Origin: the human T2T-CHM13v2.0 reference genome, Homo sapiens
Direction: 5' to 3' (one strand)
Assembly (NCBI RefSeq): GCF_009914755.1
Contig: NC_060926.1
DNA length: 64,000 nt
This document shows, one piece after another, positions 47,205-60,323 of this stretch. Both the position numbers and the translations under genes were made by a program. Under the pieces are notes generated by a model. The model made no database searches. It was given only the letters and a program-made list of their open reading frames with translations, and was not told the origin of the DNA. Position 1 is the first letter of the stretch; each line of letters opens with the position of its first letter.

Positions 47205-49809
47205 TGCAGCTATTTGCAATTTGTAACACAACTATGAAAGGGCACTGGAGTTTGGAATAAGTGTATGTTCACTCTTCTAGTAAAAGATTGAACCTAGTGT
47301 TTTACATTACCAAGAAGTACCATTCACTAAATCTTCCAGCCATGTTTAGGGTGGGGCATTGTTTTCAATTCTGTTGTGTTCTTTCCTCCTTCCTGGCGTG
47401 CACCACTATGTTACATCTTGCTGGTGAACATGCTAGTCTCTTGTTTTCATGTATGCAACATCTAACAGTAATAAACACACCAAACATTTATACAAGTATG
47501 AGATGTTCTCTTTGCTTGAAGTTAGGGCACCACTTCTTTCCATAAATGGCCTACTTGCCCATGAGAAAATGTTGTCACCTAGCAGAGAAAGGGAAACCCT
47601 GGATGGTTCATGTTACTCCAATATACTATAGAGGAGTGTATGAGCCCTGACCATAGCATTACCCTTCCAAACAGATTCTGTGTATCTGCTGCTGCTTGGT
47701 TATCTCAGAACATTGCTGTGACCATGCTGTGACCACACTGCATGACCATCTCAGCAGCTCTGCTGATGTCTTGACTCCTTGCCTGACTTCACAGCCTGCA
47801 GAAGGGCAGGGCCAGCATGATGACCTGTTTGTGAGGTCAGAGCAGTGATTAGTTAAGAATCACTAGCACGTGAAGATGTAAGTTGTTTTGAAGCTTCCAT
47901 TTTCTCCTTCTCTTCAAAATCACTCAAGTTGATCACAACTAGCACAGGAGGCCTGTGTTGAGTTTAGGAGTTACCCCCAGGTGCATAGTATTGTCATCAG
48001 AGATTTTCTTCAATCACTAAAGGGAGAAATATCGAACCAGGGATGCATTCTCAGCATTCACCAAGTCAATCAGGAAACCCCATGGAGAAAAGGATTTTTT
48101 CCTCTGGTGGAAAGTAGATAATGCTCTAAATTTCTCTCCAGGAAAAGATGAAAAAGGAAGAACAGATTAAAAGGAAAAGGTTTCTGAAAGGTAACATAAT
48201 CTTCAAATATGGAGGGGGAGGGGGAGAGAGGGAAGATATTTAACCTGCAGCCACCTCTCTGCAGTGCTTCCGCAGAAAGCACAGCTCAAAACTCGTCAGC
48301 ATCCTTCTTTGCAGAGCTTCACTTATTTTCTTAACCTCATTCTAACTTTGACCCATTCCTTTTGTTGAGTCAAAAGGATCCAGTAGGAACCAAGAATAAT
48401 TTAGAAGTTTTTTTGCTTTCTAGAGTGAAAGTTTCTTGAGAAAAGGAAATGAATCTGTCATGTTTGCCTCCACGTGCCAGGTGCTTAAAAAGAGTCTGAC
48501 ACATAAGAGGGTCTTATTTGTTGAATGAAATGAATGCGTCCACCCACAATTCTGTTTGAACCATTTTGCCTTACAATACATGAGTCAAAGTTTGAAGCAA
48601 GAGTGAAAAAGAGCTGGAAACCCTGTACTGTCCTTCAGCCACTTAGAGAGAAGTGAGGTGAAGGACTGAAACAAAAGGGGCACAAGAGAAATTGGTAAGC
48701 AGAAAGAGGAGAGAAATCGAAGGAGATGAGAACACGAAGAAAATACATCCCCTCAGATTATAGAAGTAAATCCTTAAGACATGAACCATCATACTGGATA
48801 CTTTCCTCCTCATTCTTAAAGATTATATTCAGGAAAAAAACAATTGGCCAGGCTAATGGAGAAAGCGAGAGAGGAGAAAGAGAGAGAGAGAGAATTAATT
48901 TTTCCCCATGGAAACAAAGCGGTTACCCTTTATTTCTGTACTTACAGGTGACACTCTGAAACTCTCACCGGGATGCGGATAATCTAAACCACATTTCTTG
49001 TCATTTCTTGTGTCGCTATTTGTGGTGATTGAGGTTTATAAGTTTTATAAAGAAACCCATTTCGCCTTTACCAAGGGCTTAAAGTAAAGTGGGTTCTGGT
49101 GATGTTAGTGAAATGATTTGGACATGGCTTCCTTGAACCTATATTGAAAAACAAGATAAAAATATTCTCTTTGCAGGCATTGTCTAAGAGAGGTTTTTTC
49201 TTTTACCTGATTTTTTCCTCATCCCTGTGCCAGACTGAATTAAATTATTGTATCAACATTTTGTATTCTTGCCAAGAAACCCTAAGGCCAGTGGCAACAT
49301 TTTTAATAAAAGGATCCAATCAAATAAATAAATGATTTGGATGGCAAAGGGCAAAAAAAGTTACAGATAAAACTCTGAAAGGCTTTTGGCTCAGCTCAAA
49401 TTGAAAACTGCATAATCAGCAGATTTCTGGAGGTTTTCAGGTTATGAGACAAGGTTTTTACATTGCACTAATTACGGCTGGAGTTAAAGAAACATAAAAC
49501 AGAATAAAGGAAAAGCAAAAAATAATGATGGGAAAGTTGGCCACAGCTATCCCTCTCAAAAGCCTCATTTCTCATGACAAAATGCTTGAAAAGTAGCTCT
49601 TTATGGTGGTTTGTAAGAATGAGCAATTTAGAAAGCTCTGTGTCTCTCTCTTTTTTTAACCATAGTCATTCTTTTTGCCTTGGGGTAGAAAGTGGGTTTC
49701 ATTTTTTTCTTTTCATGGGCAAACATGGCTTGATGCCTTTTTAATTCTTCTAAGTGCACTGGTGTGCCCTTGAGCCATTTCTTAAAGTGTTCTTGGTTTA
49801 GTACCAGCA

Positions 49810-49834
49810 ACACACACACACACACACACACACA
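49810..49834. repeat. (AC)n microsatellite
   Basis: Direct. Confidence 0.95.
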
Positions 49835-50314
49835 TTGTTTAGGGACTACAAACACTCATTCCAACATTTTTACTTTGTGAATTTGTTAACCGTTCAGCAT
49901 GGATTAGCTTCTACAAGCATAAAGCAACGGCAGCGGCATGGTTCCATATATTGCTTCTCAAGTATTGCCTGGTTTAAAAAAGTTTTACCATCTGTTCTGA
50001 CTTAAGCCAGAGCTGAATTAAGAGGATAAGCTTTCACTGTTGCTTCTGTTACTGTGTGGTATTATTATATTTTAGAAAAGGGAAGGAGGTGAGAAGGCAA
50101 AATAAATCTATATAAAGTCACCAAGAGAATAGAAAATGAAAATTCTCTTTTGCCAACTAGTGATATTATTTTTGTACTTAGCCATGAAGGGTACTTCATT
50201 ACTCCTTAGTAAGTCTGATTAAAAAGAAGTTGAACTAGCCTCATGAAAATACCAGTAAATCAATGAGTCAAATATTTATCAAATTTCTTCTGAGTTTCAG
50301 TATTGAATAGGAAT

Positions 50315-50620
50315 AAAACCATATCCTTTGCCTCAACATGGATGAAGCTGGAAATCACAATCCTAAGAGAACTAACACAGGAACAGACAAACAAATACCA
50401 CATAGTCTCACTTATAAGTGGGAGCTAAACATTGAGAACACCTGGACACAGAGGACCAACAGACGCTGCAAACTACTAGAGGGGAGAGAGAGGGAGGGGG
50501 CTGTGCATTGAAAAACTATCTGTTAGCTACTATGCTCACTATTTGGGTGCAATATACAAATGAAACAAACCTGCACATGCAGTACTTCTATCTAAAATAA
50601 AATTTGAAAATTTTTAAAAA
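50315..50620 (+). mobile_element. L1 3' end (older L1PA15-17/L1PB-like)
   Basis: CAACATGGATGAAGCTGGA..CTCACTTATAAGTGGGAGCTAAAC..AACAAACCTGCACATG..AAATAAAA. Confidence 0.85.
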
Positions 50621-50999
50621 GTTGATTGTTGCCCTCAAGGAACTCACATTGTAATTGTAGCTGGGGTGCTGAGATATACATATATGAAATGAATTAAAAA
50701 GACTATCCAAATTAGAAGCAAAGGCATCTGGACACAATAACTATCACTGGAGCTATGAAATAGAAAAAGTAAGATTTTGATACTGCCAACTGTTTATTGC
50801 TTATGACTGATACTATTAACTGTATGCATTATGTCTTAACAAATATGATTTTAAATTGTTTTAAGATACATACATAACATGGTACTGGATTCTTCTAATT
50901 AACCAGGAAAAACCAAAGAGAAATTCTATGTGTGTAGCCTAAGGGGCACATGGACAGGCTACTTCATGGAAGCAAGGATTTGAATAGGTACATTTTTGT

Positions 51000-51214
51000 G
51001 ATCTGTCTCAACCCTTGGTTGAGACCCATTAAAACCACCTGGATAGCTTTTATAAATTAACAAATGTACACATTATTAATTAATTAGTAAATTACCTTAT
51101 TAGAAAATTAACATTCCTGGGCCCTACCCAAGACCCAGGGATGAGGCCTGAGCAGTAGCAGTCGTTAAGAGTTCACCAGGTGCTTTTAATGAGCTGCTAG
51201 GGTTGAGACTCTGT
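51000..51214. mobile_element. MER5A-like hAT MITE
   Basis: TCTCAACCCT...AGGGTTGAGA inverted ends; CCTGGGCCCTACCC core. Confidence 0.65.
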
Positions 51215-53642
51215 GCATTAAGTAATTAGATCCAGACCTTATTTGAATAATTCTTTTCTGTCTTAAACTTGTGAATTTATTGTCTTTAATTCAACTCATT
51301 CAACTCTGACTTTTGAAGATTATTGCTTAAAAAAAAAGTTTCTCTAGAAATTTTTTTTTTTTTAAGAAAAATACTCTTAACATGTACTTAGTTGCCAAAT
51401 GCCCAGAAGTCATCTTTTGTTTATTCTTTTTCTCACCAGTTTTTACATCAAATCCATTAGGTAGTTATCTACATTTTACTTCTAATACATATGTTTAATC
51501 CATTCATTTCTTCCCATCTCCACTCCATCTCCTTGTTTTGGCAAACCTCTCAAGGTTATTTGCTGATTTTATTTTGTTAAATTTAGAATAAAATCTTAAC
51601 CACTTAATATGACCTGCAATGCTTTGCATAATCTGGCACCCCATGGCGTTTTCAACCCAATTTCTTATCATTCCTCACTAGTCCCTATTTGTTTCTCTCC
51701 AGGATTCCATTTACAACTTGCTATTCTGTTTGTGGTTTTAGAAACTTCATGTGTTTCTCCAGGCTGGATTACCAACACATAGCACAGCAGAATGTGACCA
51801 TCCAGTATGCTAAGTAAGACATTCTCCCTTGCACATTTTCTCCCTACTGATGTTTGTAGAGCAGACAGGGGAGATGGTAATACTTGTAATGTCTTGGTTC
51901 ATAATCAAATACATTTTCTTGTTTGTACCAACTATCTAGTTTTTTTTTTTTAACGATTATTCAATCTTTGTTGCATTCTTCTATATCAACTTCCCCACTT
52001 CTGGTTTCTTTGTTTCTTTCCTCTCAAATACACATTAACCTCAATATAGAGTATATATACATGGGCATTGAATTGTTGGGTTGTTAAAGAGTATACAGCT
52101 TCACATTTGCTAAATAAATGCCAAATCGTTTTTGAAGTGTTTGTTCCAATTTACTTTCTCACTGGAGGTGGCTAAAAGTTTAGTTAACCCTGTGTTACCC
52201 ATCTGTCTTCATCCATCCCTGATACTATCAAATTTTTCACATTTTGTAGTCTGCGTTTTGTACAATTTCATACCTATGAAATTGTATCTTAACATAGACT
52301 TAGCTCTATTTCCCTGATTACTAATGAGCTTGAGTAATGTTCTCATGTGCTTACTGGGAATTTATATTCTCTTGTGAAGTGCCTATTTACATGTAAGCTT
52401 TTTTTTTAATTGACTTAGAAGTTTTAGTATTTTATGTGTATCAATTATTTATCAATCCCATGTATTGCACATTTCTTTGTCTAATCTATGGTATATCCAT
52501 TCACATTTTAATGATTTTGTTAAATGTTATGAACAGAAGGTATTATAATTTAATAAATGTATCAATCTTTTTATTTATAATTTGTGATGTTGAATCACTT
52601 TTTGAAAGAAAGCCTTAATTATCAAGCAGTTACAACTATATTATCTTATAAATGTTTCACCCTTTTGGCTTCACGTTTAAATCTTTAGTGCACATGGAAT
52701 TGACTTTTATATCTGTCAGGAGGTTAAGTCTAGTTGCATAATTTTTCCATGTGAATAATCAATTGTCCAAGAACAAATTCTTTTCTTTTGCCTCTGATCT
52801 CAATTGCCAGTTATCATAAATCTTGTTTCAAACTGTGTGGATTTGATTGTTTCATTTCATTGCTCTACTTATCGAAGCCTGCACCAATTCTATGTGTCTC
52901 AAAAATGGCTGCTTTATACCTGGTAGTCATGTCAGCCAACTTTGCTTTTTTTTTCAGGAGTCTCTAGGCTATATTTGACCCTCTGCTCTTCCATGTTAAT
53001 TTTAGAATCAGTTTATCAAGATCAGTAGCAACAGCCAACTACTCGGGATTTTGATTGAAATTGCACTCAATTTGTAGATCAATTTGGGCAGAATTATTTT
53101 ATGATATGGAATTTTGATATTGGGTTCTAGTCCATTAACACCATATGGCTGTCATTTTGTTTATAGTTCCATTATAATGTTCTTCAAATGTTTTATAATT
53201 TTTTCCACTAAAGTCCTGCAAAAGCCTAATAGAAATCTAACTTTTGTTGCATCTATTCTATTTTACATTTTGAAGCTATTTAAACAGTGTTTTAATTTAA
53301 TTTTATGTCTTTACTGTTGTATAGAAATACAGTTGAATTCTATTCGTTGATCTTACATTTGGAATCTTAGTAAACTATTACCAGTTATAACAAATTATCA
53401 TTATGTGCAAATAATGACAATTTGCTTCCTCTTTGTCAATCCTTATATAGTGTGTTTTTTTTTTACCTTATCATGATGGCTAGATAGAAATAATGATAGA
53501 AAGTGCCCCTGTTTTGTTACAGATTTTAAAATAAATGTTTTCAACATTTCACGATCAATTATTATATTATGGCTTTTTGGTAGATTGTCATTATTAGATT
53601 AAGGAAATCTATTTGTGGTTTATTAAGAAGTTCTTATTTTTT

Positions 53643-53926
53643 GCCAGGCATGGTGGCTCAGGCCTATAATTCCAGCACTTTTGGAGGCTTAGTTGGGAGA
53701 TCACTTGAGCCTGGGAGTTTGAGACCAGCCTGGGCAACATAGTGTGACTCCATCTCTACAAAAAATACAAAGAAAAATTAGCTGGATGTGCCGGTAAGTA
53801 CCTGCAGTCTCGGCTACTCAGGTAGGAGGACCATGTGAGCCCTGGGAGATTGAGGCTGCAGTGAGCTGTGATCTCGCCACTGCACTCCAGCCTGAATGAC
53901 AGAATGAGACCCTGTCTCAAAAAAAA
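53643..53926 (+). mobile_element. AluJ
   Basis: J diagnostics; TSD-like CTTATTTTT on both sides. Confidence 0.9.
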
Positions 53927-54551
53927 GCCCTTATTTTTAAAATAATGAATCTATGTTGAATTTCATTCTTTTTTTCTTTTAATACGTTAATGTGATGAAT
54001 CACAAATACGGATTTTTCTAAGGTTAAGTGAACCTTGAATTCTGAAATAAATTCATCTTAGTCTCTTATTATATACATGAAATCAGTTCATTAAACATTT
54101 ACCACTTGGACATATATCTTCATGAGTGATATTAGCCTGTGAATTTTCTATGACTACTGTACTTGTTAGTCAAGCATTTGTTAATTTCCTAAAATAAGTT
54201 ACAATGTTCCCATATGTCTATACTCTGAAATAGTTTATATAAGGTTGTAATTATTTGTTCTTTGAATGGTTGGTACTCCTTAGCAAAAATATGGGCCAAG
54301 TAGTTTTCTTTGGGAAATGTTCTACCTATTTATGCAACAATTTTAATCTTTATTAATGCAATTCAGATTTCTTCTTGAGTCAGTTTTGGTAAGCTATGTT
54401 TCTCTAGAGATGTTTATTAATAAATTTTGAAACTTAGTTGAAATCACAAAGCTATTAACTAACATGTTCATAACACCTTCTTTTAAATCTTTGTAGTATT
54501 TGTGATTCCGTGTTCTTTTATAAAAATTCCTGACTTTTAAAACATCTTCTT

Positions 54552-54881
54552 GGCTTTGTGTGTGGTGGCTTATGCCTGTAATTCCAGCAATTTGGGAGAG
54601 TGAGGCAGGAGGATCACTTGAGTCCAGGATTTCAAGACCAGCCTGGGCAACATAGGGAGAGCCAGTGTCTACCAAAACTGTCTTAAAAAACTAGCCAGGT
54701 GTGGTGGCACACACCTGTAGTCCCAACTACTTGGAAGGCAGAAGTGGGAGGATCTACTTGAGCCTGGAAGGTCAGGGCTGCAGTGAGCCATGATCCCACG
54801 AGTGTACACCAGGCTGGGTGACAGAGAGATACCCTGTCTCAAAAAACAACAAAAAAAACAAGACAACAACAATAACAAAAA
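54552..54881 (+). mobile_element. AluJ with (CAA)n-type tail
   Basis: J diagnostics GGATCACTTGAG..AGGTCAGGGCTGCAGTGAGC. Confidence 0.9.
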
Positions 54882-56299
54882 CCTTTTTTTACTTTGACCA
54901 TTCCTGCTGCAAATTTTCTTTTAATATTTTATGAATGTTATTTTATTCGTAATAAAATATTTTATGAATATTCCTCGAAAACCAATATTTGACTTTGTTG
55001 ATCCCCTGTATTATTTATGTTTGTTTTCAGCATATGTCCTGTCTATATCTTCTTGGACCTTATCATTATAATGCCATTGTCAGTGTGAACCATACAATTT
55101 CAACCATATTGGGGGGATAATTTTTATTATTTGTGCCAAACTAGAAGGGTATCACCTAAAATGGTCTTTGGCTATTTATTCATTGTCCAGTTTGAGCAAG
55201 ATTTTCCCCAATGGCTAGTGGTAATCACCAAGAGACTGAAAATTTATATTAGGTACCGGTTATTGCCCTCTCTGCATTTACTGGCATCACATGCATCCTC
55301 AAGAAGGTACAGGAAAAATATATTTCTATTCGTCTCACTGAATTATTTCTCTAATATTTTCATATGGAATATGAATATTTCCCTTGTTACAATAGCCTTT
55401 TAAAAGTCAGAAAGTGTTAGTCATCGCAGATATTCATAATGACAAATATCAAGGTTTTGACTGTGTGTGTGCACATGTATGTGTGTATTCTTTGGTTAAG
55501 ATTTTAATGTACTTCTTCTTGGTTACTACAAAGGTCATTGCTGGTCACTTATAAAAGACTAGTAATATATAGAGAATGAAGATATTTCCTACAAACTTAA
55601 TTTCAGCTAGAGGTGCTAATTTTTCAAAAAAAAAAAGAGACAAAAATGTAAATAATGTGGATGATTCAACTCTCTGTTCCACTCAGCGATCAGAAGATCT
55701 AGAAAGAGCACGAGGTGGACATTACAAATGTGATTTTTCCTCAGTCTTAATTTTCACATACCTATTTTACATTCAGAGAAAAATATACAAGTTTTTCATA
55801 TAACACAGTCCTTAAACACAAACATCTGATGCTCAAGGGAAAGGTGATTTCTTCTGTTATAGAATTAAAATTAGTTATGTGGGATTTAACGAGGGACAAT
55901 ACTATATTGTATGACTAACGTGTGTTTTGGCATAATTTTGCTGTATGTAATATTTTTACCTTAAATATTGACTTTCGATCTTAATTCCAAAGAGAGTCAA
56001 TTCTTTCCTATCATGATAGACCTTTAGGATAGGAGAAAATGTTGTCGAGTATTAAGTAAAGTCAGCTCTGCCGGTGGTATAAAACACCAATTCTAACCAG
56101 ATCACCTCTAACAAAACCATACTTAGCCAAATGCTAGAAAGCGATCTGTGTGTTTTGGAATGGTGAGAATTCTTAGAAGGATCGGCTTATCATTCCTTTA
56201 GGTTTTCCACTATGTGAATCATTTTGTTTCCTCAGTAAGATAGTTTAAGTAGCACTTTTTGTTGACTGCAGATAAAATTATCCGGCCCCTTTTTAATAC

Positions 56300-56715
56300 T
56301 CCAGCCTCCTTTTGCAAACTGTTCCTTCCCATCCTGGCTCCCCCGCTAACAGTGCTCCTCCAGCCTCGGTGATTTTCACCTGGTTGCTCGTATGTACCAG
56401 GCTTCTCTTGACCCAGAGCTTCAGCTTACAGTGCTCTTCCCACTGCTTTCACCTGGTTAGTTTCTAATCTTCACAGTTAACTGAACTGCTTAGTTAACTA
56501 ATCATACTTTGGGTAACTTCTTTTATCCCATACTCATAGTTATTTTGTTACACAAATAATGATTGTAACACATGATTTATGCCTGTGGTTCTTTGATTAC
56601 TGTTTGTTTCTCCCATGAAATGTAAACTCCATGTGGGCTCACAACTATATATTGAATGCCTAGTTCAGGGCATAGCACATCACAGATGTCTCACAAAGAT
56701 TTGAATAAATGAATT
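56300..56715 (+). mobile_element. L2 3' end
   Basis: AAATGTAAACTCCATG..CATAGCACAT..ATTTGAATAAATGAAT. Confidence 0.65.
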
Positions 56716-58012
56716 TCTTAAAAAAGCAGTGTTCTTATCTACCGCGGGTGTGAATACAAAATGATTCATAATTAATTATATTATGAATAATTACTATATA
56801 AAAGTTGCTCTAAATGCAATTCAAGAGATAGGAACAGTGTGTCATACCAATACACAGGAGAAGAAAATGACTCTAATGTCTGCAATTATACATTTTTTCT
56901 GTTGGAGTTGAGATTTGAACTTATAACTAACTGAGAAAATATATCAACACCTAAGTATCATCCAAAGCAGAATAAAATAAATGATAACCAGAAGCCTGAG
57001 CAAACATCTGTGTGAATGAAGGAGTAATTAATTATAACTGCGTTGATCAGAGAAAGCTTAACTGAAGATAGTAAAGTGGGCCTTGAAGAAGGACATTAAG
57101 TTCTATTGGTAGAAAAATTGGTTAAAAAATTGTTACTTTTAGGAAAAGTAACAAAATAATGAAAGTTACAGAGACAGGCAAGGGCACGGAAAATTGGCTC
57201 AGTTTGAAAGGAGGAGAGGTAGCAAGCTCCAGTGTAGAATGTGGAGCCATTGAACTCCTTGGAACAGGAGAATAGTGTAATCAGAAGTGTGAAGGGTAGA
57301 TCAGAAAAATGATCAATGTGGAGGAGAGATAGCAGTTTTAAGGCTATTATTAAAAGTATAGACAAAAATAGTAACATTCTGAACTAACCAAGGTTATTGC
57401 ACAGGTAGAAAACTAGACTTATTTGAGGTAGTAAACCTAGAAAAGAGAGGTTTTAAAAAAATTTTATATGGAAAAGAGAATTTTTTAGAATCCCACATGG
57501 AAAAGAGATTTTAAAAAATCCCTTAAGGTGCCATGCGTAATTTAAAATATGTTTCTTTGATTTTCATTCTGTGTTCTTAGGAGGATATTAATGCTATTTG
57601 CCTATGATTTTTAAACTGGAGATAATAAAGTCGGTTTGTTGTGATTGAGATACCTAAGGAATTAGATGTCTAACAGGCAATTGTCAATGCATGCAGCTCA
57701 AGAGAATGGTAAAATGCTAAGAATTAGGATAGAGAGTGGAAACAGAGGATGGATCAGCTTACCACAGAGCTGCAGATGGGCTTTCTACTATAGCAGTCCA
57801 CAAAATGGGCAAGAAATAGAAGTGTTCTTGGAATGGCTTTAGGAACACAATTAACTACAGTTTGAGTTTTTGTGTAGGCAACGGGACAAGTGTATATGAG
57901 AGGAGATTAATATAATGATGGAATAGGATAGAAAGACAGCTCAAGATATTATAATTGAGGCAAACAAGGTTAGTTGGAGTGACATACGGAAAAGAGGAAC
58001 AATTAGGATACA

Positions 58013-58495
58013 CAGTTGGCCCTTGAGCAATACACGCGCTAGGTGCACAAACCACCTGAGAAGTTGAAAGTCCACATATAATTTCAACTCCTCCAAACTT
58101 AACTATTAATAGCTTACTCTTGACAAGAAGCCTTACTGATAATATAAACAGTTGAATAACATGTATTTTATGTTATATGTATTACATGCTGTATTCTTAT
58201 AACAAAATAAGAGAAAATGACATGTTATTAAGAAAGTCATAAGAAAAAGTAAATTTACTAAGTACATGCTGTTCATCATAAAGGTCTTCAGCCTTGTCAT
58301 CTTCATATTGAATAAGCTAAAGAGGAGGAGGAAGAGGGGTTAGTCTTGCTGTCTCAGGGGTAATAGAAGTGGAAGAGGTAGAGGAGGTAAGGGGAGGCAG
58401 GAGAGGGCAATACATTTCATGTAACTTTTATTGAAAAAAATCTGCATGTAAGTGGACCCATGCAGGTCAATCCCATGTAGTTCAAGGGTCAAGTG
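58013..58495. mobile_element. Tigger2a/MER28-like non-autonomous element
   Basis: TIRs CAGTTGGCCCTTGAGCAA / TAGTTCAAGGGTCAAGTG+TA. Confidence 0.85.
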
Positions 58496-59229
58496 TATAG
58501 TCATTAGTGGAGATCTCAGAATTTTGATGTAAAAAATAATGCATTTCTGTTTAAAATTTTTTGGGTATGTATGAATTATTACTTAGTAACTGAGACTGAA
58601 CGAAGATGGAGCCCCTTGGGATGGAACAAGATGAGGAATTCTGAAGTCAGGCTGTTGAGAGGATTATTAACAGAAATAATGAAATTCACAGAGATGGTGG
58701 CAAGGCTTAAAAGAATGTTCTAGGCTAGGTGTTAAAGCAAAAATAGAAGGCGAAGGAATTGTTTAGTAAATGAAAATGTGTAAATGTGTGGTGTAAAACT
58801 AAAAAGTACTGAGAAAAGTGCTACCTCTTTCTCCAGGCCTGTAAGATAAAGGCAGTAGAAGGCAAGCTTCATAGTTGAGATAATAGACCAGAAAATACTG
58901 TCAGCAAAATATAAATCCTTTGCTGATCTTTTCCCATTGACTTTTGAATCATCTGTTGCTCAACTACATCAGAGAAATAAGATGTGAATATTAGTTAAAA
59001 TGCCAATGCCAAGCCAATTGTATTGATTCACTTATTCAAAAAAAAATCTATTGACTAGCCACTCTGTGCTAAACATTGCCCCTTTGCCGCTAACTTTAAA
59101 GTAGTAATTTTATCTGATAAACCCACAGGCCAGCTGCAAGATTTACATCAGAGAGGTGGAAAGAAATCAAGTTTGGGCAAGGAATGATGGCTTTTCTTTT
59201 TCTGCTTAAAGGGTTTATATTTCTTGGCT

Positions 59230-59620
59230 ATGAAGACAGGATGTGGGAATTAGAGTCGGGGCACCAGGCTTTAGTCCTACCTTTGCTGCTAACAGGCAGT
59301 GTAATTTAAAGTAAATTTCTTAATGTTAAGCCCCTGTTTCCTCATCTACAAAATAAGAAGTTTTAAAAGTATTTTTCATCTCTTCTAATCTATGATACTA
59401 AATTTAGTTCCCCTAGTTTCAGGAGAGACATGACCTAATATATAAAATATTGATTTATTGCTAGCAGTCACTTTACATTTGGTTTCTTAACCTTTCTGGC
59501 TCTCACTGTTATCATTTACAAAATGGAGATTTAAATCTGTTGTATCTACCTCACAGGAACATTATAAAAATAAAATAGGATGATAAATTGGAAAGTGCTA
59601 GTAACAAGAAATATCATTAC
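59230..59620 (+). mobile_element. Two MIR fragments
   Basis: TGTTTCCTCATCTACAAAAT and TCATTTACAAAATGGAG..TCTACCTCACAGG cores. Confidence 0.65.
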
Positions 59621-60024
59621 CGCCAACACATTCCTCAAATGCATAACTATGTTTAGATTATTTTGCTTCATCCTTCTCTCCTTAACATCTTTTGTATTAG
59701 TTAAGACACAGGTGCATGTTACTCACTCATTATTGAGTATTTGGTTTTCTTCTGTTTATTAGTAGCCTTTAAAGAAATAAAAGTTATGCTATTTGCCAGT
59801 TGCTCCATTTGTAATATGATAAAGCTAGAAGTACCTTGTTGAATTATTATAAATTTCTCTTAACAACGTTTTTCATATCCTCATAACCACAGAATAAAAA
59901 TAATTGAGAACTTGCTAGTTAATTTGGCTAGTTAGGTTTTTTTGGTAACAGTTTCTAAGTCACTTAAAGATTTCTAAAACCATTGTGTCCCTAAATTTTT
60001 AATATATGGTTACGAGTTGTATAG

Positions 60025-60323
60025 AGATGTTTCGGTCCATGGCAGATTATATATAGGATGGTGGTATCATAAGATTTTTACTGTACCTTTTCTGTTTAGA
60101 CATGTTTAAATTATAATTTCCATTATGTTTCAATTGCCTATAGTATTAAGTACAGTAACATCCTGTACAGGTTTGTAGCCTAGTAGCAATAGGCTATACC
60201 ATATAGCCAAGATGTGTAGTAGGCTATACCATCTAGGTTGTGTAAATATACTCTGTGACACAGAATGATGAAATCGCCTAATGACACATTTCTAAAAACA
60301 TATCCCTGTTGAATGCATGACTC
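60025..60323. mobile_element. Tigger3a/MER7-like element followed by (TG)n at 60324-60344
   Basis: CTGTACAGGTTTGTAGCCTAG..AATAGGCTATACCATATAGCC..GAAATCGCCTAATGACACATTTCT. Confidence 0.85.

Larger units (their letters stand above)
51950..55030 (-). mobile_element. Old L1ME fragments
   Basis: Antisense L1 ORF2-like sequence (TTAATTTTAGAATCAGTTTATC; GGGATTTTGATTGAAATTGCA). Confidence 0.7.
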
